From sequence record MW812341.1: 64,000 nucleotides of DNA; one strand, given 5' to 3'. Position 1 is the stretch's first letter. Each line of letters begins with the position of its first letter. This document shows, piece after piece, positions 27,894 to 37,541 of this stretch. The notes beneath the pieces are model-generated. The model ran no database searches, had not been told where the DNA came from, and saw only the letters and a list, made by a program, of their open reading frames with translations. A program made the translations under genes and the position numbers.

Positions 27894-29672
27894 ATGGAAA
27901 GCAATCACTATTACGCACCCGAGGACGTCATTGCCAAGGAGTGCAAACACGTTGCCTACGCGACCGATGATGATAAGGAAAACGATTTTGTCCTCGTCAA
28001 AGAGGTCATCCATACTAAGGATGGGCGCTTTATTCCACGGTTAATTGGCCGTGAGAACGTTCGTCGTCCGGTGTACATTACTCGTAAAGAATTTCGTAAT
28101 CACAAGGAAAAGAAAGAGTACGAAAAGAAAGGCAATTGTCAGGAGATTTGGACAACCGACGCTAACATGGGGAACGCAATCCAAATGGGCTTGGGAGCGT
28201 CTTTCCCTGACCCACGTAAGAAGCTGCGTCAGATTTGTACTTCACCGTTCGTCTATTGGGCGGACTTACCGGTTACCACGTACATCAAACAGAAGTACAT
28301 GGCACGCTGGAAAGATAAGGTTACACCGAACCGCATCTGCGTGTATGACGTGGAAACCCGTGAAGAAGATAAGAGCCGTGACCCATGGTTAATGTCCTTT
28401 GTTCTCGACGACGAGATTCATTTCTTCTGCACCAAAGACTACGCCATGCGTTGCGGCAAGAATTGGGAAGAGCGTTTAATCGTGAAAGCGAAAGAGATGC
28501 TCTCGAAAGTTCAGTTCCGTGAAAAGAACAAGTTCACCGACCAGGTAGAAGTCAAAGAGAAGAACGTGATTGAAGGTTATAAAATCTTCACTTACGAATG
28601 TCTTAACTCTGGTCTGTGTGTTCAGCGTATGTTCGAAGAGATTCACGAACGTTTACCTGACCTGATGGCTGCATGGAACCACGAGTTCGATATCTCACGT
28701 ATGATGGAAGCATTAGACCGTGCAGGTATTCGTCCTGAAGATGTGTTCTGTCACCCGTCGGTGCCAGAGAAGTATCGTCGTGTATGGTTCAAGAAAGACC
28801 AGGCTTCGAAGAAGACGGAGTCCAAGTCACTGACCAAAGCACCGTCTCAGCAGTGGCACGTTCTGTATTGCATGGCATCCTTCTATTGTGTGGATGCGAT
28901 GGTACTGTTCCGTTCACTGCGTGTACATGAAGGTCAACGTCCGTCGTATAAACTCAACGCCATACTGGATAGCGAGATAGGCTTAAACAAACTCGACATT
29001 CCAGGACTGCCGTATGAGGAGAAACTCGAGTGGCACTTGAAAGCGCAACGTGACTATGCGCTGGAGTATTGCGTCTATAACATCTTCGATAACCTGATGA
29101 TTGTGTTACTGGATAAGAAGACGAACGACATGTCTTCGGCAATCTCGATTCTTGCCGGTTACTCGATGTACGATATCTTCCCGTCGTTACCGAAACGAAT
29201 ATGCGTGGCCTTTACCTACTACCTGTATGCCCAAGACTTGGTCATTGGTTCTGTCGGTTCGGCGATGCGTAACGACTTCGACGATGAAGTAATCGGTACA
29301 GATGGTTGGATTGTCACCTTGACGGCGTGTATGAATGCGGAGAATGGATTGGATGTTCTGAAAGAGCTGCCAACCTTCTACTCAGCGTTCCGTGGACAAG
29401 CGGCAGATGCCGACTTAACACAGGCATACCCGTCTGCAACGAACATGATGAACCAGTCTCGTGAGACCACCATCATTGAACTGCTGGCTATCACTGGCGT
29501 TCCAGAGCACGTACGTCGTGCTGCGGGCGTTAACCTGACAGCGGGTAAAGTGAATGCGATGGATATCGCGTGCAGTCTGTTCTTGCTGCCAGGCAAAGAC
29601 GAAGTGTTGGATGCATTCAACAAACGTGTTGCCAACGAAGAACCACCTACAGAGTACGTCGCAGGATTTTAA
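27894..29672 (+). CDS. Split family-B DNA polymerase, exonuclease + motif A subunit (phiKZ gp82-like)
   Basis: ExoI YDVET, ExoII AWNHEFD, ExoIII YCVYNIFD, motif A DADLTQAYPS; probable start MESNH 27894 (ORF track 27831). Confidence 0.85.
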   Translation: MESNHYYAPEDVIAKECKHVAYATDDDKENDFVLVKEVIHTKDGRFIPRLIGRENVRRPVYITRKEFRNHKEKKEYEKKGNCQEIWTTDANMGNAIQMGLGASFPDPRKKLRQICTSPFVYWADLPVTTYIKQKYMARWKDKVTPNRICVYDVETREEDKSRDPWLMSFVLDDEIHFFCTKDYAMRCGKNWEERLIVKAKEMLSKVQFREKNKFTDQVEVKEKNVIEGYKIFTYECLNSGLCVQRMFEEIHERLPDLMAAWNHEFDISRMMEALDRAGIRPEDVFCHPSVPEKYRRVWFKKDQASKKTESKSLTKAPSQQWHVLYCMASFYCVDAMVLFRSLRVHEGQRPSYKLNAILDSEIGLNKLDIPGLPYEEKLEWHLKAQRDYALEYCVYNIFDNLMIVLLDKKTNDMSSAISILAGYSMYDIFPSLPKRICVAFTYYLYAQDLVIGSVGSAMRNDFDDEVIGTDGWIVTLTACMNAENGLDVLKELPTFYSAFRGQAADADLTQAYPSATNMMNQSRETTIIELLAITGVPEHVRRAAGVNLTAGKVNAMDIACSLFLLPGKDEVLDAFNKRVANEEPPTEYVAGF

Positions 29673-29720
29673 AAGAGAAAACCTCACTACCCATTTGGGT
29701 AGTGAGGTACTCTTATTTAT
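29673..29720. terminator. Bidirectional terminator
   Basis: ACCTCACTACCC/GGGTAGTGAGGT 12-bp stem between convergent genes. Confidence 0.8.
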
Positions 29721-29721
29721 T

Positions 29722-30231
29722 TTACGCTGCCAGGAAAGCGTGACGAATCAGCTGTTGCAGCTCTGGGTCAGCCACACGACTGGCCAGACGATCGGCGTTA
29801 TTGCGCGATGCAAAGTTAGCCTTATCGGTGGTGCTGGCAAAACGGATAACCATGTGAATAAAGATCATGAAGGTTTCACGTTCGTTGCGATCATTGAAGT
29901 TATCAATGTGCCCAGTTGCCAGTGGGGTATAGAAGATACCCGCTTTGTGTTTAGTGGCAGCAGCCACGAAAACCGCAAAGGCATCGAGGAACGGTTGACC
30001 ACGCAGAGTGAACAGATTACGGAAGGCAGAGTGCAGCTTGCTATACGCAGCCGATTCCAGCTCTGCTTTCGTTTTCTTGTTACGGCCAACAGCCGCACCG
30101 GCTTCATCCAGCATCTCAGTGATGAGTTTTACTTTAGCCTGGTCTTCCTGGCCGTATTCCGGCGCAGTAGCGCGGACAGCGGCAACCGGACGGACTGCCT
30201 GGGTCTGTTCGTCTTTTACGACTTCGCTCAT
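29722..30231 (-). CDS. Conserved hypothetical protein (~169 aa)
   Basis: AAGGA SD before MSEVVKDE at 30231. Confidence 0.75.
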   Translation of the reverse strand: MSEVVKDEQTQAVRPVAAVRATAPEYGQEDQAKVKLITEMLDEAGAAVGRNKKTKAELESAAYSKLHSAFRNLFTLRGQPFLDAFAVFVAAATKHKAGIFYTPLATGHIDNFNDRNERETFMIFIHMVIRFASTTDKANFASRNNADRLASRVADPELQQLIRHAFLAA

Positions 30232-30241
30232 GGGATATTCC

Positions 30242-31549
30242 TTAGGTGATGTGTTGTAGCGGTTTGAATTCCCGCACAATGTTTTCGGAGCCGTGCATCT
30301 TCGCCATCGCCACACCCATGACGTTCGAGAACGCGGTGGAGATATCTGCGGCGATTGCGCGGGGTTCTTTCGCTTTATCTTGCGAAGCACAGGTCGCACA
30401 ACAGTCGATATGCTTCAGCTGACATAAGATGGGGCGGCGTAGTCGGATGATTTTACCCTTCTGGCCGTTAATCCAGTCGGTGGTAATCATCTTCGGTTTA
30501 CCGTCCACCATGGCGTTCATGCCGATGTAACGACCAGCGTTCGCATCCGTCACTAACACAGCATGGGTAATCTTGGTACCGCAATCCCCTTCGACGATTC
30601 GGTGGTTCTGGAAAATCATCTGGATGATACGTACCTGCTCACCACCTTTCGCTGTTTCGGCACCACGAGAGAACGAGCCGTCACGGATGGAGTTGTACTT
30701 CGCCACCAGGTTCTCCATCCCCGCCTTATCCACTTCCACTAACGCGGTTGGGATTAAGGTGTAGTCGGTACCTTCGTGGAATGAAGACTCGATTCCGTAG
30801 AACAACATCAGCTTACGACGGCGCATACGCGCTTTCTTCGAGGCGTAGAACTGAATGGATTGGTCACCCGATAACCACTCGGTATCCAGCTCATCCAACG
30901 CCTTTTCAATCATCGCAATGACTGCTGGGTTGTCCAGTTCGTCTTTGTGCTTGAGCAGCAACGCGTCACGTAGCTTATAAGCGTCTGGATGCACCGTAAA
31001 CGAACGCAACGTCCCGGTTGGGGAGATTGCCTTAGCCATAGGTGCCAGCTCACTGAGGCCGTTTACAAAGCGTGCTACCATGCTTGGACGAATAGCGTCC
31101 TCATCTTCGGGATTGTCTTCTTCATTATCCAGGCAACGTTCGTACATCACCTTGGCGTAAGACATGGGGTCTTTTTCCCGCAGATACGGCAAGCGTGTAC
31201 CGAACGCGTAATAGATGGTAATCCAGTTCAGGACATAACGACCCACCGTGGTGGTGATATCTTCCTCTAGCCCTGGATACTCAGCCTTGGGCAACGGCAA
31301 TACGGTTTCGGGGAAGAACAGTTCTTCGTCTTTCTTGCCGTCACTGATTGCAATCCACTCGCCGGGACTATCGTCATCTGCTGATTCCCAATAGTGCGGC
31401 ATTCCGTCCTTAAACGTCAGGTCATACTGCACCGGCCCTTCACTGTCCTCTGGGAACACACAGACGTTGAAGATACCCATGCGCCAGACCAGGCGCTTCC
31501 AGGCCCCGGACTTACAGGCAGCATACAGGTACTCAATCTTCGTCATGAT
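30242..31549 (-). CDS. Virion RNA polymerase beta'-like C-terminal subunit (phiKZ gp80-like)
   Basis: DGSFSRGAETAKGG, VEGDCGT, CQLKHIDCCATC zinc site; start approximate (ORF track 31567). Confidence 0.8.
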   Translation of the reverse strand: MMTKIEYLYAACKSGAWKRLVWRMGIFNVCVFPEDSEGPVQYDLTFKDGMPHYWESADDDSPGEWIAISDGKKDEELFFPETVLPLPKAEYPGLEEDITTTVGRYVLNWITIYYAFGTRLPYLREKDPMSYAKVMYERCLDNEEDNPEDEDAIRPSMVARFVNGLSELAPMAKAISPTGTLRSFTVHPDAYKLRDALLLKHKDELDNPAVIAMIEKALDELDTEWLSGDQSIQFYASKKARMRRRKLMLFYGIESSFHEGTDYTLIPTALVEVDKAGMENLVAKYNSIRDGSFSRGAETAKGGEQVRIIQMIFQNHRIVEGDCGTKITHAVLVTDANAGRYIGMNAMVDGKPKMITTDWINGQKGKIIRLRRPILCQLKHIDCCATCASQDKAKEPRAIAADISTAFSNVMGVAMAKMHGSENIVREFKPLQHIT

Positions 31550-32387
31550 TCTCTTGCTCCTCACCATAGACCGCTTTCAGACCTTCCATCGCATCTTTCA
31601 GGATAGGCCCTTCTGGCAAGTCTTCGTTGTTAATCAGTGCCAGATTCTCTTCCAGCAGACCGTATGCGGTCTGGTAGTCCTCAGCACCGATAATAGAAAG
31701 CCCCACAGCATACATGACCAGTAAATCAATCTCGGAGATACCGTTCTCTTCGCTGAAATCCAACGACTGTACGACAGCATTCAAATCAACCACATTCGGG
31801 AGGTTCAAGAACACGAAGGCCGATGGGTTTGATGGATACTGACGCAGATAAGGAATGATACGTTCCATGCGTGGGTCGTTGTCGCCTTCCTCCGCATCTT
31901 CTGCTGACTGGGCAGCAAAGATGTTACGCAGCGCGTTCAGCAAGCGTGGTTCAACCACGACAATCAAATCTTCGAAGTGAAGTTCGTTATCGCCGTAAAC
32001 ATGACGCGCCATGTTCTCCAGAATGAACTGTGCGGGCTCACCAGAGCACATAATGCCATACAAGGCATCTTTGTCTTCGAACTCGTCAAAGCTCTCCAGA
32101 AGGCCGTGTAGGACGCGTACGGTCTCCTTGGGTTTCTTAAAGACTTCCTGTGGATTAAAGCCAATCCCCAGACGTTGCCCTAAGGCCACTGCCACTTTGA
32201 CAATGATACCTTCCAGGCGAATACATTCATCATTCGCCTCGGGAAGCGGCTGGTAATAAATGTCCGCGAGTGTCGTGTCGTAGCCGTAATCGATTCCCAG
32301 GCTCACCAAGTCGAGGATTGGTGCTAAGCGTACTTCCTGACGAACCTTTCCTAATACGTCAGCGTAATCGTCATACAAGTTTTCCAT
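31533..32387 (-). CDS. Conserved acidic protein (phiKZ gp79-like position)
   Basis: 284 aa, AGGA SD. Confidence 0.7.
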   Translation of the reverse strand: MENLYDDYADVLGKVRQEVRLAPILDLVSLGIDYGYDTTLADIYYQPLPEANDECIRLEGIIVKVAVALGQRLGIGFNPQEVFKKPKETVRVLHGLLESFDEFEDKDALYGIMCSGEPAQFILENMARHVYGDNELHFEDLIVVVEPRLLNALRNIFAAQSAEDAEEGDNDPRMERIIPYLRQYPSNPSAFVFLNLPNVVDLNAVVQSLDFSEENGISEIDLLVMYAVGLSIIGAEDYQTAYGLLEENLALINNEDLPEGPILKDAMEGLKAVYGEEQENHDED

Positions 32388-32419
32388 TGTTCCGTTCCTA
32401 AGGCGGGTGTCATATCAAC

Positions 32420-32456
32420 ACAAAAAAAAAGAAAGGGGCCGAAGCCCCTTCTTTTA
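32420..32456 (-). terminator. Terminator
   Basis: AAGGGGC-(UUCG)-GCCCCTT plus U tract. Confidence 0.8.
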
Positions 32457-32930
32457 CAGGTTTAACTTTAACTGCTTTTCCAATTCGTCGGAAACGACAT
32501 TCCCTTGCACACGGTTCAGCTCCGCTAAGCGACGCTTTGCCACTTCCAGCAACTTCATAATCTCCCATCGAGGACGATCGAGGAACTCATCAAAGCTGAG
32601 TTGGAATATATCCCCGATACGTTCGCGCACATACGTCGTCATCCACACCTCGTACAACGAACCCATTAAAGGGTTTTCGAAGTCAGACAGACTGATGTTG
32701 TTCTCACCCGTCTCCATCCCCATAACGTCGTCGTAGGTCGAGAGTAACTCGTCGTGCGCCTCCTGATACGTGATGGGTCGGCTACTGCGCTGTTTGAACA
32801 GCGAAGAGGTGTCGAGCTTCAGTGCGTTGATGATAGCGCCGGAAGGAATGTCGTCGGCATCTAGCCAATACTTCCGAACTGTTGTAAAAAGACTTTCTGT
32901 ATCTCGGACACCACACGAGATAGCGCGAAA
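32454..32930 (-). CDS. Probable -1 frameshift extension (tail assembly chaperone GT/E'-like part)
   Basis: Reading frame with no convincing own start; entered at the T TTT TTC site; C-terminal IGDIFQLSFDEFLDRPRWEIMKLLE resembles P2 E' / T4 gp51-type ends. Confidence 0.6.
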   Translation of the reverse strand, partial: FRAISCGVRDTESLFTTVRKYWLDADDIPSGAIINALKLDTSSLFKQRSSRPITYQEAHDELLSTYDDVMGMETGENNISLSDFENPLMGSLYEVWMTTYVRERIGDIFQLSFDEFLDRPRWEIMKLLEVAKRRLAELNRVQGNVVSDELEKQLKLNL

Positions 32931-34867
32931 AAAACCCTGTCCGGTGAAATGGTAACAATACCACGGAACGGACCGTCTTCTTCGCCTTCTTTCGCCTGGC
33001 AAGCCGGGCAAGCGTGACCCATGTAACCGAGCACCGCCATACGAGACAGATCGTTGTAACGTGCCAGCGCATTTTCAAACGCCAGAACGTAAACACGGTC
33101 AGAGGACATGTCTTCCAGAATCTCCACGATTTTCAGTGGGTCTGTTTCCTCAGTCTCGACGATTTCACCCTTCACTTCTTCTTCCACGATAATAGACTTA
33201 ACGTGGTGAGCATGACGGGTCAGACGACGCACTTCCGCAGTCAACTTGATGTAGTTGGTACGTTCGTAGTCGCTGGCGTTGGAAGACAACGCATCGGTGG
33301 CAGCACGGTTAATCTCTTCCAGCCAACGGTCGGTACTATCGAGGTAATCCCCAATAGTAGAACGGCCGAAGTTGATGGTGAGACCCGCGTCTGAGTTTTT
33401 GAACACGCTGGCCGGGTTATGCGGCAGCTCTTTGCGATACGCCATGTAGTCATCTGGACCGATAATCTGGTTCGTTTTACCACGCTGACGCTGGTTCATT
33501 GCACGGTGCAGGTCGGTGAACAAGCCATCGGCCATACGGATACAACGTGCCAGGTTCAGCTTAACGTCACGCTCATGACCACAGTCATCGCTCGCACACA
33601 CCAGCTTCCACGGAATCCCGGTTGGGAACTTAGCCATAATCGGGCCAAGAATCAGCAACCAGTAATCGTCGAGGTCAACGATGTCGATCAGTGCGGTCTT
33701 GATGTCGTTACCCTGACAGTCGTAAGTAGTTTCAATCGCAAAGTTCAGCGAGTGTTCTACCATGTGACGCAGGTACACACCAGACATAGACGACAGCAGC
33801 AGGCCATAGGTCTGCATACCGAGTGTCGCAGTTTCGGTAGCCAAGCGGATATCGAAGTCACACATCTCACGTTCGAGTGGTGCACGGAAGCCTACGTAGA
33901 TACCAGTAGATGGCAGCCACAGAGAAATCGGTGAACCTGATTGACGACGACGACGCAGAGCAGCACGGGCACCTTTCGCATCAGCACCACGGTCTTGCGC
34001 TGGACCAGCCATCTTACCACCCGGCAGAGTCATCCCCTGCGTCCAGGACGTATCGCTACGTTCCAGGGCAATATCAAAGACAGCACGACCATTCGCGTTT
34101 ACTGGTGGCGTAAGCTCCAGAACCGTGGAGAGAATCTGATACTTGTTCGCTTCGGCTTCGGAGGCGAACATCGGTTGGCCTTTGGCGTTGCGACGAATGG
34201 CAGAGAAGAAACGTGCGGCATCTTCTTCTGCGGCAAGCGGACGGAAGGTACCGACCAGTTCATCGGTCTGTGTGTAAATGCGATGCGGATCTTCTTTACC
34301 CATCTCGCCAATTTCTTCGCGATTAGGTTGAGACCCGAAATCAACTTTGTGAGGGATTGATTCAGCGACGACGGGTTGCGCAGCATCGTTAGACTCCGGC
34401 AGCGGTGCAGTTGTGACTTTAGGCGCAGGAATAGGAGCGTCTACCGCAGGCTGAGCGACCAGACGCTGTTCAACCGGTTCAACATGCTTGTGCAGCGAAT
34501 GAATCGTTTCCGGTATTTCTTGCTTTGCAGGAGATGGTGCGGGAGCAATAGGGGCTGCTGCAACATTCTCGGCCTTCACATCCGGGATGTTCTGCGCCTG
34601 CGTAAAGACTTCAGGCGCTGGTTGTGGTTCTTCTTGCGCCGGTGCGAAGACAGGTGGGCGGTTTTTAGCAGCCCAATCGTCGTAAACACCACTTGCTTCG
34701 GCAAAAGAAAAAGTGGGATTGAGGTGGAGCATTTGCATGATGGCACTCTCTTTTGACAGAGAGGTCATCATTTCATCATGCAGCGGTTGGAAGGCGGGCT
34801 TCGTGTCCACGGCCTCCGGAGCATCGCGTCGCACCATTCCTGGGCGAGCATCAAACTGTTCAGACAT
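32861..34867 (-). CDS. Putative tail/baseplate assembly chaperone (T4 gp26 / gpG-like) with long disordered N-terminus
   Basis: 668 aa; ~160-aa P/A/E-rich N-terminus; CxxxxC and CPAC Cys pairs. Confidence 0.55.
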   Translation of the reverse strand: MSEQFDARPGMVRRDAPEAVDTKPAFQPLHDEMMTSLSKESAIMQMLHLNPTFSFAEASGVYDDWAAKNRPPVFAPAQEEPQPAPEVFTQAQNIPDVKAENVAAAPIAPAPSPAKQEIPETIHSLHKHVEPVEQRLVAQPAVDAPIPAPKVTTAPLPESNDAAQPVVAESIPHKVDFGSQPNREEIGEMGKEDPHRIYTQTDELVGTFRPLAAEEDAARFFSAIRRNAKGQPMFASEAEANKYQILSTVLELTPPVNANGRAVFDIALERSDTSWTQGMTLPGGKMAGPAQDRGADAKGARAALRRRRQSGSPISLWLPSTGIYVGFRAPLEREMCDFDIRLATETATLGMQTYGLLLSSMSGVYLRHMVEHSLNFAIETTYDCQGNDIKTALIDIVDLDDYWLLILGPIMAKFPTGIPWKLVCASDDCGHERDVKLNLARCIRMADGLFTDLHRAMNQRQRGKTNQIIGPDDYMAYRKELPHNPASVFKNSDAGLTINFGRSTIGDYLDSTDRWLEEINRAATDALSSNASDYERTNYIKLTAEVRRLTRHAHHVKSIIVEEEVKGEIVETEETDPLKIVEILEDMSSDRVYVLAFENALARYNDLSRMAVLGYMGHACPACQAKEGEEDGPFRGIVTISPDRVFFALSRVVSEIQKVFLQQFGSIG
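32900..32933 (-). promoter_or_regulatory. Candidate -1 programmed frameshift signal
   Basis: In-frame T TTT TTC (32933-32927), 4-nt spacer, stem TATCTCG/CGAGATA (32922-32900). Confidence 0.65.
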
Positions 34868-35471
34868 TTGCAGCTTCCTCTTTAGTCTCAGCTACGGCTT
34901 CTTCTGCTACGCTTTCGGCAACAGGGGCAGGAGCAGTGTTTTCATCCACTGCTTCCATGAACTGGATAACCTGTGGAATAGACAGGCCCATACGCATTGC
35001 ACGGTGCATGGCACTGGTACGAGATGCGTACTGGGAGAACAATTCAATCGCCGCTGCGGTTGATTCCTGGCCGAGGAAGATGACGTCAGTTGACGCACCT
35101 GTCAGTTGCAGGTCAGCCAGAGTGTACGCGTCTTTAACGGCATCCCACTTGTTCGCTTTCAGGTTATCCATCCACTCACATGCCAACTTGTCGGCTGGTG
35201 TACGGATAACGGCGAGTTTTTGTTTAAACTCGGCCATCAAACCGACGAAACCATTCTTCGTGCGGTTGAAGTGCCCGGTCAGGTAATCACGCAGCTCAGG
35301 AGACTCAATCAGTTCCAGAGCTTTGGCTTCGGTATCCAGTCGGTCGGACAGGATTAACGATTCACCGCGAAAGATTTCTTCCACGTTGTTGATATCGCGC
35401 ATGTTGCGGGTGATAGCATCACGAGCAGCTTGCTTAGGATTGTAACCAGCGGGTTTCTTACGACGTGACAT
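34860..35471 (-). CDS. Hypothetical protein (203 aa)
   Basis: AAGGA SD; coupled to the downstream gene. Confidence 0.75.
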   Translation of the reverse strand: MSRRKKPAGYNPKQAARDAITRNMRDINNVEEIFRGESLILSDRLDTEAKALELIESPELRDYLTGHFNRTKNGFVGLMAEFKQKLAVIRTPADKLACEWMDNLKANKWDAVKDAYTLADLQLTGASTDVIFLGQESTAAAIELFSQYASRTSAMHRAMRMGLSIPQVIQFMEAVDENTAPAPVAESVAEEAVAETKEEAANV

Positions 35472-35526
35472 GGGATTTTCCTTTATAAATACAGGGTGGA
35501 TTCACACATTATATCCAACTACTGTT

Positions 35527-35910
35527 TTAAGATACGTTATGTGGAACGGTCACCCAATCATGCCATTTCTCGGAGAAGAGGGCATAGGCCATTTTCGGGT
35601 TTTGGTCTACGCTCCCGGCGGGGTTATCCGTCCAGAGAGCGTAGGTGTAGAGTTCGTACGCGGCAGTACCGCGTATGTTCGAAGTGCGGGTTACATGGTA
35701 GCGTAACCCGCGTTGTTCGATAAACATCCCGGTGTAGTGCTCAGTCACCATGTAATAGTGAAAGGCCCGATTGATTTTCGGGTCCTGACACAATGCCTTA
35801 GCGACGTCTTCTACCCCTGGATACGCCCTTAGAACGTTTTCGAGAAACTTTTGTAAACTCAAGCCGACGTAAGGGGCTTCGGGTTCTGCTGGAAGTGGAG
35901 GCGTTATCAT
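35527..35910 (-). CDS. Hypothetical protein (127 aa)
   Basis: AAGGA SD inside the helicase 3' end. Confidence 0.65.
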   Translation of the reverse strand: MITPPLPAEPEAPYVGLSLQKFLENVLRAYPGVEDVAKALCQDPKINRAFHYYMVTEHYTGMFIEQRGLRYHVTRTSNIRGTAAYELYTYALWTDNPAGSVDQNPKMAYALFSEKWHDWVTVPHNVS

Positions 35911-37498
35911 AACTTTTCCTTACAACATACGGTGAGGTTGCTACCATGAACGACAGCACTTTCCCTTTCAGAGAGTTCATGCGGGAATTCAGGTAAGAGC
36001 CATGTTTCGGGATGTTCATGCAATGACCGAACCACACTTTCGGGTTCATGTCCCAGATAACAGGACGTGGACGACCAGCAATCTGCTCATTGAGCTGTTG
36101 GTCATCAATTGGCGTGGTCACGTACATGTGGACAGTGCCCGGTTTGTCGATTGCTGTCCCAGCTTTGTTCGGAGTAGATACCCCAATCTCAGCCATGATG
36201 AAATCGTCATACGAATCGCCACCGTTATACTTCGCCACCATCAAATCGCAGAACACCGGATGGGTTGACAGTTTCTCACGAACGTAGTTGGTGTAGAATT
36301 CACACATGTCCACTGTAGCGAACAAGATAATGATCTTCTGCCCCGGCTCGTAGTTCGCCAGATATGTCTTCTCCATCAGGTTATACCACATTTCGCAATA
36401 CGAAAGGTGATAGCCTTCCCGCATCAATTTCCCTTCGAAGACTTTATGGTTGTAAGGCGTCATCTTCGTCGCCCACCACGCTAACTTCTTGTCTTCGATG
36501 GTGTAGTACAAGCCACGCACATCCACGACAGGGATATAAGGAATACTCAATCGGTTAATGATTGGGAAGCGTTCTTTATATCGCTCGCGGATAAATACCT
36601 TCGCTGCACCCGGTTCGAGTGTGGCCGACATCTCCACAGTCTTCGGTGGGTTCAACATAACTCCACTGAGGTAAACCAAGAGGAAGTGCTCATGCACCTC
36701 GTCATACCCCACAAGACCGACACCCAAGGTGTCGTAGAAGTCATCAAGGTTAATGGCGTTAGTCGCCGAGGTATTCATGTACTCTTTGAGGAACAATTGC
36801 AGCGTGACGGTTGGGATAATAATGATACGGATATCTTTCGCGTCTAACTCGCCATTCTGACCCATCTCGTAGGCGTCGTATATCGACTGTACCCCTTGAC
36901 AGATAAGAACGTGTTCTTTTTCGACCAGTAGGCCGGTTGGATCATCACAACAGTCGAAGATCCACTTGTCTTTGTACGTAGGACGCATTATAAGCGCCGT
37001 TCGCACCCCCATCTTTACCATGACCTTCTGGAGAGACTTCGTCTTACCACGGCCGGTTTGGATGGCAAATATCACCTGTGCCCATAATGGGTCAAGTGCA
37101 GCTTCCACTACGTCGTTCTGGTAATAGAAGCGGGAATCGGGATCGGTGACCACTAAGTCGAACCCGTGGTTGGGAAACGCACAACCATAGGGTTGCTTGC
37201 GGTTCTTGGTAACGTCATGTTCAATAAGCTTGACGTCTAAGCGGTTGGAAACAACGGTATTCTTGATAACAGACAGAATCTGTTCCAGGAACGTCTTGTG
37301 GAAGATGAATGTTCTCGTACCAGGCAAGTACGCGTAATATCCATCACCCTGTTCCACGGTTATTCTACCGTGGTCTTTCCCCATTTTGGGGGCGTGAAGG
37401 TTTTGCTCAGCCCAAGTCTTGAGAGCTATCTCAATTTGTCGGACTGGCACCTCCACCCGCACCCCCATTGAGGTATGCGTGATGTGTATCTCGTACAT
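35798..37498 (-). CDS. SF2 DExH helicase (phiKZ gp75 / UvsW-like)
   Basis: Walker A IQTGRGKT, YDEVHE, motif III MSATL, QIAGRPR. Confidence 0.9.
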   Translation of the reverse strand: MYEIHITHTSMGVRVEVPVRQIEIALKTWAEQNLHAPKMGKDHGRITVEQGDGYYAYLPGTRTFIFHKTFLEQILSVIKNTVVSNRLDVKLIEHDVTKNRKQPYGCAFPNHGFDLVVTDPDSRFYYQNDVVEAALDPLWAQVIFAIQTGRGKTKSLQKVMVKMGVRTALIMRPTYKDKWIFDCCDDPTGLLVEKEHVLICQGVQSIYDAYEMGQNGELDAKDIRIIIIPTVTLQLFLKEYMNTSATNAINLDDFYDTLGVGLVGYDEVHEHFLLVYLSGVMLNPPKTVEMSATLEPGAAKVFIRERYKERFPIINRLSIPYIPVVDVRGLYYTIEDKKLAWWATKMTPYNHKVFEGKLMREGYHLSYCEMWYNLMEKTYLANYEPGQKIIILFATVDMCEFYTNYVREKLSTHPVFCDLMVAKYNGGDSYDDFIMAEIGVSTPNKAGTAIDKPGTVHMYVTTPIDDQQLNEQIAGRPRPVIWDMNPKVWFGHCMNIPKHGSYLNSRMNSLKGKVLSFMVATSPYVVRKSYDNASTSSRTRSPLRRLEFTKVSRKRSKGVSRGRRRR

Positions 37499-37509
37499 GT
37501 TGCCCCTCT

Positions 37510-37540
37510 ACAAAAAAAGAGGGGCACATGGCCCCTCTGT
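37510..37540 (-). terminator. Terminator after nvRNAP genes
   Basis: AGAGGGG...CCCCTCT stem plus U tract. Confidence 0.75.
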
Positions 37541-37541
37541 A

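Noticed and set aside
32931-33011. Annotated start MPGLPGERRRRRRSVPW of ORF 32454-33011
   Set aside because: It is off-frame text of the upstream gene's codons with no SD; a frameshift entry explains the ORF better.
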